Of a stretch of DNA of 64,000 nucleotides, positions 26,063 to 38,338 are shown in pieces. Under the pieces are notes generated by a model, which did no database searches, was not told the origin of the DNA, and was given only the letters and a program-made list of their open reading frames with translations. The position numbers were made by a program, and so were the translations under genes. Origin of the DNA: Sphaerodactylus townsendi (Eukaryota); assembly GCF_021028975.2 (NCBI RefSeq), contig NC_059426.1:70060001-70124000 (forward strand), written 5' to 3'. Numbering within the stretch: the stretch's first letter is position 1; every line of letters starts with the position of its first letter.

Positions 26063-26998
26063 ATGGACACAGCCAATGTATCAATGGTGCAGAACTTCTT
26101 CTTTACAGAACTGTCTGATCTCCCGGAAGTACAGATTTTCCTCTTTGTAATGATTCTGCTGGTCTATTTGATTACTTTAGCTGGAAATGGTGCTATCCTT
26201 GTGGCAATAGGGACAGACAATCACCTCCAGACTCCCATGTACTTCTTCCTCAGTAATTTATCTTTGCTGGATGTTCTTTGCCCAACTGTCACAGTACCAA
26301 AGATGTTGCAGATTTTCTTGTCAGAGGACAAGACCATCTCATTTGCTGGCTGTGCAGTACAGCTATTCTTTCTCATAGATATTGTAGGCACTGAAATTTT
26401 ACTCCTAGCAGTGATGGCATATGACCGCTATGTGGCAATATGTAGTCCTTTGCAGTATACAACCATCATGAGTAAACAACTGAGTGCTAAGTTGGCTGCT
26501 GGGACCTGGGTAACTGGAATTATCAACTCCTTGGTTCATACTTCCTTAGCCTTTACACTATCTTTCTGTGGGCCCAATAAAATTGACCAGTATTACTGTG
26601 ATATTCCCCCAGTGCTTGCCCTTTCTTGTTCTTCCACCTATCTTCCTGAACTAGTCCTTCTGCTTGTGGCTGGTATTATAGGTAGCAGTGCATTTCTGAT
26701 CACGCTGATCTCTTATATCTATATAATTTCTACTGTTTTGCACATGCCATCCACAGAAGGCAGACAGAAAGCCTTTTCCACTTGTGGATCCCACTTGACT
26801 GTAGTTTGTTTATTCTATGGAACCACCATGTTCACCTATGGACGACCAACTTCAGCTTATTCACCCAAGCAAGATAGGGTTGTTTCTATGCTCTATGGGG
26901 TCATCACTCCCATGTTAAATCCCATGATCTACAGTTTGAGGAATAAGGATGTTAAAAGGGCCTTGGTTAAAACATTCAGCCTGAAATTTTTTTTCTAG
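26063..26998 (+). CDS. Olfactory receptor, class II, intact, 311 aa; close paralog of the OR at 9578; alternative ATG at 26039
   Basis: NVS glycosylation site, [50 protein letters not shown]. Colinear with, and the same length as, the 9578 OR. Confidence 0.96.
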   Translation: MDTANVSMVQNFFFTELSDLPEVQIFLFVMILLVYLITLAGNGAILVAIGTDNHLQTPMYFFLSNLSLLDVLCPTVTVPKMLQIFLSEDKTISFAGCAVQLFFLIDIVGTEILLLAVMAYDRYVAICSPLQYTTIMSKQLSAKLAAGTWVTGIINSLVHTSLAFTLSFCGPNKIDQYYCDIPPVLALSCSSTYLPELVLLLVAGIIGSSAFLITLISYIYIISTVLHMPSTEGRQKAFSTCGSHLTVVCLFYGTTMFTYGRPTSAYSPKQDRVVSMLYGVITPMLNPMIYSLRNKDVKRALVKTFSLKFFF

Positions 26999-27061
26999 AA
27001 GTATTAAGGTTCTGTTAGCTAATAACCAGCAGGAAGCATCCACTTTCATCATCACTGGAGC

Positions 27062-27500
27062 CAGAGGCGTAACTGTGCCAAACTACGCCTAGTGCATATT
27101 CTACATTTTCCGCCCCCATGACCGCCCCCGCGGTGCCCCCCTTCCCCCCTTCCCACACTTACCTTAGTTCCTTTCCTTTTCCTAGAACTTTTCCAGGCTG
27201 CAAAAGGCCTGTTCACAGTAAAAATGGCCTGATGGGAACTATACTTCCCAGGAGACCTTGTGAGCCCCAAGGTCTCCTTGAAACTGTAGTTCCTCAGGCT
27301 GTTTTTACTGCAAACAGGCCTTTTGTAGCCTGAAAAAGTTCAAGAAAAAGGAAAGGAACTAAGGTAAGTGTGGGAAGGGAACGGGGGGGCGCTGCGGGGG
27401 GCGGATGGTGCTGCAGGGGGGGCACCACAAAGGGCAGGGGCGGGGCTTGGGGGCGATTTTCTGTGCCCCCAGGCATGCACCCGGTGCACAGCTCACTGAC
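27062..27500. mobile_element. Palindromic non-autonomous DNA transposon (hAT-like start) about 60 bp after the OR stop codon
   Basis: Starts cagaggcgtaact; long inverted arms about 27105-27260 and 27267-27470 (e.g. cccacacttaccttagttcctttcc / ggaaaggaactaaggtaagtgtggg). TSD not resolved. Confidence 0.65.
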
Positions 27501-29894
27501 TGGAGCACACCTGACATTTTTCTGGAAGGTGCTTTCTTTGTAACAAACAAACTTATTCTTTCACAGAGACAGTGATAGCTGCTACAACTACCAGTGGGAT
27601 GTTGGTGATGGTTGTGGAATCACTTGTCCCACAGTAATTTTTTCTTTGGCTACATTAGGTAGATATGCTTTAATTTATGTATACGAGTTATCATATTCAT
27701 AATTAAGAATGCATTTTCTTACATGTTGGATGTTTTATTACCTTTGAAGGGAGTGTGATTCACAGCTTTGCTTGGCTACTTGCATCTCTCAACCTGATTT
27801 GCTGCACAGTTAATACTGTTCCCTGCCCCCACTTTGTTTGCAGTACTCTGCGTTCTTGATTATGCATGCTTAATATGAATATGCTTAATATGCTTAATAT
27901 GCTTAATATGAATATGAATGGGATGAAGTGGAACCAGTAGAGACCAAGGTTATTTTCTTTTCCCAAAATGACATTAGAAGGCAATCCACCTGAATTGCAG
28001 TTTGGCAGCCATTTATTACACTTCAATCACAATTGGTTGGGGATTTGTGTTGATGTTTGGATTCTGTCTGTAATAAAGTTAGGTTATTCTTTGGAGTTCC
28101 TTTCTCTGTGTCCTTTGTCTGTGAAGGTTCCCCCAGTTCCCCCTAACTCTGATGCCTTAGAATCAGAACTCTCAGTGCTACTGGACAAGGGTGCCATAAA
28201 GCCTGGGGAGAGATTTTTATTTTCATGTGGCCATCAAAGAACAGCATTGTAAATAATTGATATCTGCAATGGGACACTTGGTGTTTGAGTTTTGTGTCCC
28301 GCCTTTTGGCCTGCTATCTGCCCCACGGGTTTTATCAAGGTAGTAGTGGCAGTGGTACAATGTTTGTCCCTGCAAAGGTGTGCTATATTTCTCTACTTAG
28401 ATGACTGGCTCTTTGTGTCCAAGTCAGTCACTGATTTCCAGTGCCAGTTGGCAACTGCTTTTTATGTTTTCCAAGCTCTAGGGCTAGTGGTCAGTTCAGT
28501 CAAGTCCAAACTGACTCTTACTCAGATAGACTTCATAGGCATGATCCTCAATTCAACTGTAGGTAAAGCTCTCTTCCCTTTAAAAAGGGTTTGAGTTATC
28601 CAGACCTTGGCAGTCAGATTCCAAAGGCACCGTTATCAAAAAGCTGTTACCATCCTGAAGCTTTTAGGCTTAATGGTGTCTACAGCCTCCATGGTTAGAT
28701 TTGCCAGGCTATGCACTCACCCTCTGCGGAACTGGTTTGTGTGAGCATTCACGACTGATATAGACCTGCAGTGGCAGAAACTGTCTATTCCCTGCTATGT
28801 CCTATGGTCACTTAACTGTAAGTGGGAGGATGAGAATTGTTTGGAAGGCATGGCCTTGGGCTCAATGGCCCCTTCTATCCTAGTAACCTCTGATGCCTTC
28901 CTGTCAGGGTGGGGTTGCATTGTCAAGGTTTTGCAGTCCAGGGACTTTGGTCTCAACACAAGACCTCATTGCACATCAACCTCCTTGAACTCAGAGTCAT
29001 CAGACACACTCTGGTTTCTTCTACAGGTCTGCTTCTGGGCACAAAAGTTCTCTTCATCATGGACAACATGGTGGCAAAGTATTACATCAATAAGCAGGGT
29101 GGCACTGGCTCCCTGTTCCGTGCAAGTGGTGTGAAAGATCTGGGAATAGGCCATCTGATATGACTCTTGCCTCTCAACAATCCACATGGCTGAAACATCC
29201 AACACATGGGCAGATAAGTTGAGCAGGACCTGCAACACCCAGCACAAATGGGAGATAGAAAAGCAGTATCTTCAGCAGGTGTTTCACCGATGAGGCGAAC
29301 CAGAGATAGATTTGTTTGCTTCAGAGATGAATGCCAAGTGCCTCAGTATTGTACTAGGGAGTGGAAGGTCAGCACTCCATGGGGGATGCTTTCCAGATCA
29401 GCTAGGCAGGGCCTTCTGACCACACCACTGATATCCAAAGTGATTACCAAGGTCAATCAGACAAGGCTTGCCTGATCCTGGTCACACCATTCTGGCCCAG
29501 GAGGCCATGCACCAGTAGGAGGCCTCTGTTCTCGACTGAACCGCCGGCCCTCCCACCATCAGCCCATCAGCTCTCTCAGTACCAGCAGGCCACTGTTGAT
29601 GTTGCTGCCGTTTGGAGGGTGCTGTTCCCGCTTAGACACACCTGACCTTGGCCACCCAGGGTTCGCCTGTCAGCTGTTGCTCAGAGGCCTCTGCCACCAG
29701 TCTTCCCTGCCAAGCACACATCGGCTCCGCTGAAAAGCCTCCTCTCTGCCATCACTTGGGAGGGTCTCCCCACTCAGTTAACTGTGACCCAGAGGCAGTC
29801 ATTGTCTGCTCTGCCTACCAACCACTAAGTTTAAGATGCAAACGCCGAGGTCTCTCGGCTGACCAAAAACGAAGGAGGAAAAAATATATATGTA

Positions 29895-30207
29895 TTGTTA
29901 ACTAGCAGTAATCACGCATTAACATGTCACAATACACTTCCACCATCCAACCAGGTGTATATACAGTAGACATGTTAATATCTCTGAATACTTCTGATGC
30001 TTAGAAACAAAGGACAATGTCAATATCTTTGGAGACTGTATATCTGTTTATTAATACTTTAGATGCTTAGCTAATTAGTTTATATCAATGGTTATAAGTG
30101 TAAGAATCTGGTTTTAAGTATTAGAATATATATTACTGTATATACACCTGGTTGGATGCATGAATTGTATTGTGACACATTGATGCATGATTACTGCTAG
30201 TTAACAA
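29895..30207. mobile_element. Foldback/MITE-like element with about 75-bp inverted arms
   Basis: ttgttaactagcagtaatc...ccaaccaggtgtatatacagta mirrored by tactgtatatacacctggttgg...gattactgctagttaacaa. Confidence 0.7.
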
Positions 30208-30208
30208 A

Positions 30209-30845
30209 CCTATATATATATGTAAAGCTAACAGTGTTTTTGTTGATGACAGTATACCTCAGTAACTGCTGGGCCAATTCCTCTGAAAATTCCCAGTTAC
30301 TGTAGTCAGCCAGGCGAGAGTGTTTTTAGATGTTCACATACCTGAAGTTTCACACCTGGCCCAGGTAAAACGCCTTTTTCCAGGCACTCCCTGGTGAAGG
30401 ACATGCAGCTGCCTGTGTGTAACTGTCACCCTTAGAATGTTCATGCTGCTTAGAATGTTCACTCAGATGGCCAAATATGAGCAGTGGAAACAGCACATAG
30501 GCAGTAACTCGAGTGGAAGTGAAACACATACACACACATATACAGGAGGGAGAGGGAAGGGAGGGAGAGGGAGTGTGGCATGCAAGGGAAGAGAGGGAGG
30601 GAGAGGAAAGGGACGGAGTGGGAGCCATGCAAGGGAAGAGAAGTGAGAGAGGGGAGACAGTGAAGGGTAGCATGCAAGGGAGGGGAGGCAGGGGGCCCAG
30701 TATCTTGATATGATCCACCCACCCTAGCGAAGGGGAAGGGAAGGGAGGGAGGGGGAGGGGTGGCATGCAAGGGAAGAGAAGTGAGGGAGGGAAGAGAGTG
30801 AGGGGCGACATGCAAGGGACGGGAGGGAGGGGCCAGGCACCCTAG
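30209..30845 (+). mobile_element. Non-autonomous Helitron (family A, longer variant)
   Basis: Homologous to 11741-12197 (cagtaactgctgggccaattcctctgaaaattcccag...), with purine-rich minisatellite and an extra segment at about 30414-30508; apparent 3' CTAG, 3' boundary less certain. Confidence 0.72.
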
Positions 30846-31112
30846 ATTCCCTGAATACTGCGGTTACAGTTAAGAAAACCAGGCATGCATTACTCAGGAG
30901 TAAGCTCGGTACAGCAACTGTGACATACTTTGAATGGCTGCGTCACGACCCTCAGAGGGTTTCCTCAGAAGCACCACCCATTGCCACCAACCAAACTTAC
31001 TCCCAGGTAAAGGATCATGACCAGCCAGCCTAGATGTGTGGAAGGGGTGCCTTTCCATCCCCCCCCCAAGGAATGCGGGCACACACATCACTGACATCGC
31101 ACAGTATCAGGC

Positions 31113-31155
<43 letters not shown>

Positions 31156-31518
31156 TTAAATGACATTCATGCAGCTTTGGTGTGCAACGCTATATTTCCT
31201 TTTGTGTTCAATTTTCCAAAAACAAAAGAGGGTCAGAGCTGAGTCAGACACCCCCATTCCGTCATTTTTGTCTCGCCCTGAAGTTCTTAGCAAAGGTTTT
31301 AACTCAAAGCTCCCATAGCAAACCCAAGGTAGTAGTAAAACAACTTTACTCTTCTCCTAGGTCTTGAAAACAGCAAACTACAGGAGCACTGCAACTACCG
31401 GTCCGCTCTGGGCGCCATCTTGAAATGAAAGGATGTGGCATCCCTGGCTCTTCACTCCATAAGGAGGTGGTCAGATGAGGTTTTATAGGTGTTTGTAGCA
31501 ACCAGGATTCCTTCATTT

Positions 31519-34500
31519 TGTTGGAATAAGCGACTTCTGCATGCCTGGACACTGGGGGGTGCTGTGTATCTCACTCTGTGATGTTGCCTCTCTTGTTTGC
31601 CCTCCTTGTCTGGGCCAGGAGACCGCCCACTAACTTCCTTTCTTCCCCATGCTAGCTTCACTTCTGCTCTAGCCTTTGAACCGAGCGCATGGTCAATGGC
31701 AGCCTGCTCAGTGGGCCTTTTCCCACTGCAGCATTCTCTCACCTCCACACACGTGATGGCACGTTAGTTGTGCCCACTTGTCATAGGGAAAGTAATCTCT
31801 TTAGTCTAGGGTTCTTTCTATTTTACTTTTCTTGGAACAAAGTTGTGAACTGAAGATGGTTGAATAAATGTAAGTTTTACCTTTTACATTTATGTCTCTG
31901 GAGAAGTTTCTATGGACTGCATTCACACACACTACTGGGCATATCCATGACTCTAAACGAAATCTAACATGGTAGCAGAGATGGATGGTTATTTTTGAAG
32001 CCCAGATATTTTAAAGTTGGAGCAAATTTTTTTTCCTTGCATGGCTTAGCAGCCATTGCCTTGGTTCTTGTGTTTTTCTTGCTCACCTGGCTCTAACAGG
32101 CCAGCGAGTAACAAAAGGTTGCATAGCCTGAAGGCTTGCTTCCTCTTTCTTGTGTGTGTGACTAATTGAGATTGCACAGAAAGCCTTTTGCATTAAAATG
32201 GCTCAGCGTAAGGCAATTCTTGAGAAGCTTACAAGCCTGAATTTTAACTCATGGCTCTACAGGATTCAATCCCAAGTAAAGGAAGAGGGCATAGGTTTTG
32301 TTTTAACTACACCAAAACCAAACAGTGGAAATGAAGAGACCAGATGGCAAAGAGCAGATGAAAAGGCCATGAATTTAATTGTTAGTACTCTCACAAACTC
32401 ACAACTGGTGTATGTTAAAGGACAAGATTCTGCCAAAGACATGCTAGAAGCATTAAAAAGGGTCTTTGGAGAGCAAGACAGAAATAGCAAAGTGAGTTTA
32501 TTCAAACAACTATTTTCAATCAAATTACAAGAAAATGGAGATGCTGATTGCCATATAGAGAAATTGCTGAATCTGATTGATAAGTTAGCAACCACTGGTA
32601 CAGTTCTGGAGGAAGAACTGAAAATTGGACTGCTTTTAAGCTCATTGCCTGAGAAATATTCAGCTTTTGTGTCTACTAAATGGCAAAGACTGCACATTTG
32701 AGGAAATTCTAGGACTAACTAGGTCTGAATTTCAAGCAGCAAGAGTATCTCTGGAGAGCAGAGGGAAGAATGGCTCAAGTTACATTGCCCAAGAAGCCAG
32801 AGGCAAGGAGTGGGAACTAAATCATTTGAATACAGAAAATCCAATCCCACAGCGGGAAAGAAGAAGCCCACCCATCTGTTTCAAGTGGTAATAAACCTGG
32901 TCACCTCCAGAGGGAGTACCATTTAATAAGAATGCTGAGACTGGCAGCAAGCCATCTCACACTGCTTATTCACACACAGACAAAGGGATTTTACTCTTAA
33001 AATTCGTTCAACTTTTGCACAACCCACATGATACAAACTAATGAAAATATAAGCCTTGGATTATTGATAGTGGTGCTTCTAGGCACATGGCTTCAGATGT
33101 TGCTTTGTTCAATGAATTAGACAGAGATGCTGGATGCAATGTGTATTTAGCCAATGGAAAACAGATTCCAGTGAATGGAAAGGCGCTACTTTACATTGCC
33201 AACTGGATGGTAATGGAACTGGAGATTGTGGCTGAAAAATGTTCTGTACATTGCAGACCTTGCGGCTAATCTGCTGATCAGCGTCCCCACACTATCAAAA
33301 AAAGGATTTGCTGTTCACTTTGAGAATAATGTGTGCACTATCTCACGCCGATGGTGAGCTATATTCCACAGGTACCCTAAGAAATGGAGTATTTGAACTG
33401 GACTGTGAGGAACCACAAGCCTGCACAGCCAAGGTAACTTCTACCCAGCAGTCTTTGGAGCTCTGGCATAGGAGGTTTGCCCACCGTGATAAAGATTCCA
33501 TCCTGAAACTGAAAAACAAATAATTGGTAACAGTTCTTTCCATAAAGACTGTCCCAATGATAACCAATTGTGTGATTGTTGTTTAAGAGGAAAGGGAACT
33601 AGGCCTTCATTCCCAAAGCAAAGCCAAAGATGCTCTAAGCAGCCTCTTGACTTAATTCACTCTGATCTATGGACCAATCAAACCAGCATCAACTGGTAAT
33701 AACACCTATCTGTTGTCTTTTATTGATGACTACTCGAGATACACTGTGTGTTATTTGCTAAAAGAAAAGTCTCAGACTGAACAGAAATTAAGACTATGTT
33801 GCTATGGTATCTAATAAGTTTAATAGGAAGCAAGTGTTTTCAAACGGATGAAGTAGGAGAATACAATTCCATATCTATAAACAATTTCTTGAGGGGAACA
33901 TGGGATCCAACATAGACTTACTGTAGCCCATTAAGCCAGAACAAAATGGAATTTCAGAAAGAAGAAATCGTTATATAATGGACATGATTGGTGCATGCTC
34001 ATTGATTCAGGCCTTCCCATGGCACTGGGGAGAGGCAGCAATGACTGCAGTTTACCACCACAAAATAGATTGCCAACCAAAGCCACAGAAGCAACTCCAT
34101 ATGAGTTATGGCATGGCAGGAAACCAAATGTAGAACACATCAGAGTCTTTGGATTTAAAGCTTATGCTCACATACCCAAAGAAAAGAGATCCAAGCTAGA
34201 CCCTACTACATAGCAGGTATATTTTGGGCTGTTCTCCAGAAAGTAAAGGATACAGGATTTTTGATCCAGAAACTAACCAAATTACTATATGCAGAGTTGT
34301 GCAGTTTGACGAGCGACCCAGAGATGGCAAGCCTGCTGTGATGGATGACCATTCAAAGGGAGAAGGCGATAGCGACCAGCTGATCCTACATTGCCCAGAG
34401 TCCCAGGATGACATCACTGTGCAGATGCCAGCAAATGCTCAACCTGAAGAGGGAGCAGCGGTGGAAATCCCAGACCTGACAGGTGAGGCAGAGGAGTCAC

Positions 34501-36657
34501 AGACTACTGTGGAGGCAGACAGACCTTTGGCCCTCAGGCTCATCAGCGACCTGACAAAGGGGAGTTCCAGCCGAGAAACTTACCACAGGGGCGCCATCAC
34601 TGCATGAACCAGCTTCATGGTCTGAGTTACAGCGAATGCCTGAACCAGAAGCAAAGAAGTGGAAAGAGGCAGCACAAGAAGAAATCGGTGCACTACATAA
34701 AAACCAAACATGGACTCTCACAGAACTACCTCCAGGGTAAGAACGTTATCGGTTGTAAAATGGGTTTTAAAGCTAAACAAGATCACGGAAGGTCAGATTG
34801 AGAGATATAAGGCCAGACTTGTTGCTAAAGGATTCTCTCAGATCTATGGAACAGATTATGATCAGACTTTTGCACCTGTTGTAAAATATTCTACAATTAG
34901 AATGCTCTTAAACATTGCTGCATCTAGAAACATGAAAACTGAGCATTTGGACGTTAAAACCCGCATTTTGCATGGCGAGGAAATTGAACAGGAGCTTTAT
35001 ATGAAGCAAAAGCCACCAGGGTTCATAGATGAAAAGAATAAACATTTAGTCTGTAAACTTCCAGAAAGGACTTTATGGATTGAAACAAGCAGCTAAAGCT
35101 TGGTCAGATAAGCTAGCCAAGATGCTACCCTAAAGTCAGGACTTCAAACAAGGCAAATGCAGACCCCTGTCTTTATAGCAGACACAGAAATGGAGATGGA
35201 CATTTATCCTGACATATGTTGATGACTTGATTATTTGCCATGAAAATGAAACTGACTGTGCTGAGATTATATCCCAACTCAACAAGGAAGTAGAAGTCAA
35301 GCACCTGGGAGATGCCAGCTTCTACTTGGGGATCCAAATCGAACGCGTGTGAACCAGATGGAAGGCTATCTTCTTAGCCAGTAGCAGAAAATATTGGAAC
35401 TGCTACAGAGTCTGATCCTGGAAGGTGTCAATCCAATGCCTACCCCAATGAGTTCTGAGTTTCTACCACCACAGACAAGTACTACCTGATGACTTGCTAC
35501 CTGACAACAATGATTACAGGACTCGTAATAGGCAAGCTTTTGGCCCTTAGCAATGACAACCAGACCTGACAGTATTTGCTACAGCCGTGAGGTATATTGT
35601 CCAGAAGAGTTAGCACACCCACCACAAGAGACTGGACTGCTGTTAAGCAGTGGTGGGGTACTAAGAGGTACTTTTAGACTTTAAACTGAAACTGCCAGCA
35701 ACTAAAGATCCCACACTATTGGGATACGCTGATGCAGATTGGGCTGGAGAAAAGAACAGATCTAAGATCTACCAGTGGCTATGTGTTTTCTATGGGGAAA
35801 GTGCTGTAAGTTGGGCAAGCCATTAAACAAAGTGTTGTTGCTCACTCATCTACTGAATCAGAATTAGTATCAGTTTCTGAGGCATGTAGAGAATTACAAT
35901 GGCTTTTAATGTTGTTAGAAGATTTTGGTATTGATGAACCTTTACCTGTACAAATGCTAGAAGATAACCAGAGTTGTATAGCTCTTTCTCTTTCAGAAAA
36001 GAACAGTACACGTACTAAACACATTGGAATTAAGGATCAATATGTAAGACTCTTACAGGCAGAAGGAACTGTGAAACTTCGCTACTGTCCTACTGATATG
36101 ATGACAGCAGACATCTTGACCAAACCACTGCCAAGAGACAAGTTCCAAAGCCTGCGTGACAAACTGAACATTGTATACCTGGAAAGCATGCAGTGTCGAG
36201 AGGGAGTGTTGGAATAAGCGACTTCTGCATGCCTGGACACTGGGGGGTGCTGTGTATCTCACTCTGTGATGTTGCCTCTCTTGTTTGCCCTCCTTGTCTG
36301 GGCCAGGAGACCACCCACTAACTTCCTTTCTTCCCCATGCTAGCTTCACTTCTGCTCTAGCCTTTGAACCAAGCGCATGGTCAATGGCAGCCTGCTCAGT
36401 GGGCCTTTTCCCACTGCAGCATTCTCTCACCTCCACACACGTGATGGCGCGTTAGTTGTGCCCACTTGTCATAGGGAAAGTAATCTCTTTAGTCTAGGGT
36501 TCTTTCTATTTTACTTTTCTTGGAACAAAGTTGTGAACTGAAGATGGTTGAATAAATGTAAGTTTTACCTTTTACATTTATGTCTCTGGAGAAGTTTCTA
36601 TGGACTGCATTCACACACACTACTGGGCATATCCATGACTCTAAACGAAATCTAACA
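31519..36657 (+). mobile_element. Full-length Ty1/Copia LTR retrotransposon, polyprotein disrupted
   Basis: 451-bp LTRs 31519-31969 and 36207-36657 (TG...CA, 3 mismatches by eye); 5-bp TSD CATTT; PBS TGGTAGCAGAG complementary to the tRNA-iMet 3' end; PPT gagagggag; gag from ATG 32198, protease IIDSGASRHM, integrase, RT (RYKARLVAKGFSQ, YVDD), RNase H (YADADW, ADILTKPL). Confidence 0.96.
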
Positions 36658-37230
36658 CATTTAAGAGGTCTTATTTAGACAAGTGGGCTAGATCCACTGC
36701 TTTCTCCTGTCCTTTTGACAGTGTTTTTTTCATTCCTGTTATCTTTGAAGCATGCTGCGTTGGCTGGCTCCTCAATTAAAGTCCATCTGTTGGCTATATA
36801 CTTCTTTCATGATGGTGTGGGCTCTCGCTCACTGTTTTCTCTGCCTCTTTCTAAGAGGTTTCTTAAGGGGCTTATTAACATGTATTATCCTGTTAAACCC
36901 CCTGTCCCTCAATGGAGCCTTACTCTGGTGCTGACTCATCTCACCAGAGCTCCTTTTGAGTCCTTGGCTTCATATCTGTTCAGGCTTTTGTCTTATAGGA
37001 CAACTTTCCTGGTGACCATCACATTGGCAAGCAGACTCAGTGACCTGAGCGTGCTATGCTGTGACCCTCCATTCACACAGGTTTTTTTTCCTGACAAGGT
37101 AGTGCTAAGGCCTAGCCCTGAACATTTACCTAAAGTCATTGTCCAGGTTTTTCCTTTTTCAGGATGTGATCCTGCCTGCATTTTTTTTCTGGATCCTCAG
37201 TCTGCATAGGTTAGGGCTATGCACTCCTTA

Positions 37231-37379
37231 GGCCCCTTCTACACATGCAGAATAATGCACTTTCAATCCACTTTCACAATTGTTTCACACTTTCACAAGT
37301 GGATTTTGCTATTCCGCACAGTAACATCCAGCAGCAAAGTGCATTGAAAGTGCATTATTCTGCATGTGTGGAAGGGGCT
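37231..37379. mobile_element. Harbinger/PIF-like MITE inside the DIRS recombinase
   Basis: TIR ggccccttctacacatgcagaataatgcac and its complement; flanks TTA/CTA; same family as 4472-4612. Confidence 0.8.
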
Positions 37380-38338
37380 CTAAATGTGTGCAGAGCCCTC
37401 TCGTACTACATTGCTAAAACTAAGTCCTTCAGGAAGGACATTGCATTGTTTATATGTTTCAGAGGCCCTAAGAAGGGCTTCCAAATATCTATCCCCATTC
37501 TATCACATTGGCTGATGTCTACAATTAGATTGGCTTACAGCAACGCTTAGGTTTCTTGTCCAACTGCCATTAGGGCACACTCTGAGAGAGCCCTGGATAC
37601 TTCTATGGCTTTTAAGAATAGAGTGGACCTTAATGATGTGTGCAGAGTAGCCGCGTAGTATACTCCTTTGACTTTCATTAAACATTACCCTGTGGATGTC
37701 AGTACTAGGGCTGAGATGAATGTGGGTCAAGCTGTGTTGCAATCTGTGGTTCATTGAACAGCCACACCCACCTTCGCAGTTAGTAACCTTGCTATTCTCC
37801 CACATGGGATGATACAGAGGCCACATGTTGAAAAACAGTGTTGTTTGCTGTAACTGTTGTTCATCTAGTTCACACCCACACATACCTCCCACCTTCCCCA
37901 CTATGGGCTGTCATCTTGTCTGGGTAGTGGCTCCTCACCATGGTGTGGGGAGATCTGGAGGGAATGGGTGCACCCCTCCCCCCAGTCACGTGACCTGGGT
38001 GGGGAAAGCAGCTAGCCCAGGCATGTGGCTGGGGAAGGGGAGCACTCATCATTTGGCTAAAGCTCTTAATATGCTATCTAAAATGCTCTGTGGTTGGTCC
38101 TGAACGAGTGCAGTCACATGTGTGCCTGTTCAGAGGACCACTGCATGAACAACAGTCATGGTAAGCAACACTATTTTTATTATGCCCCACTAGGCGTGCT
38201 CCAAAGAAAAAAGATTGGAAATATTTTTGATTTTTGAACATACAGAAGTTTTAGCTTGATTTGTTCTGGTCATGGATTTGGTACTCCTTCTATAAAGGTA
38301 GCCAATACTAAAGCATTATGAAGTGGTTAGGGAGTTTA

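Larger units (their letters stand above)
27960..38178 (+). mobile_element. Decayed DIRS1-like tyrosine-recombinase retrotransposon, interrupted by a Helitron, MITEs and a Copia element
   Basis: RT N-terminus (GSHLLHF...W...DVWILSVI..GYSLEF) and YLDDWL; RNase H (SDA..SGWG, QGLWS, HINLLELRVI, DN..A.YYINKQGGT); MT-like IDLFAS..NAKC and ILVTPFWP; tyrosine recombinase at about 31400-31518 plus 36663-37750 (SSIKVHL, RFLKG, PQWSLTLVL, FLVTIT); terminal inverted complementary motifs (taactgttgttcat about 37851 / atgaacaacagt about 38145). Confidence 0.82.

Noticed and set aside
30350-30815. Proline/serine-rich ORFs (also 11836-12171)
   Set aside because: Translation of the purine-rich minisatellite inside Helitrons.
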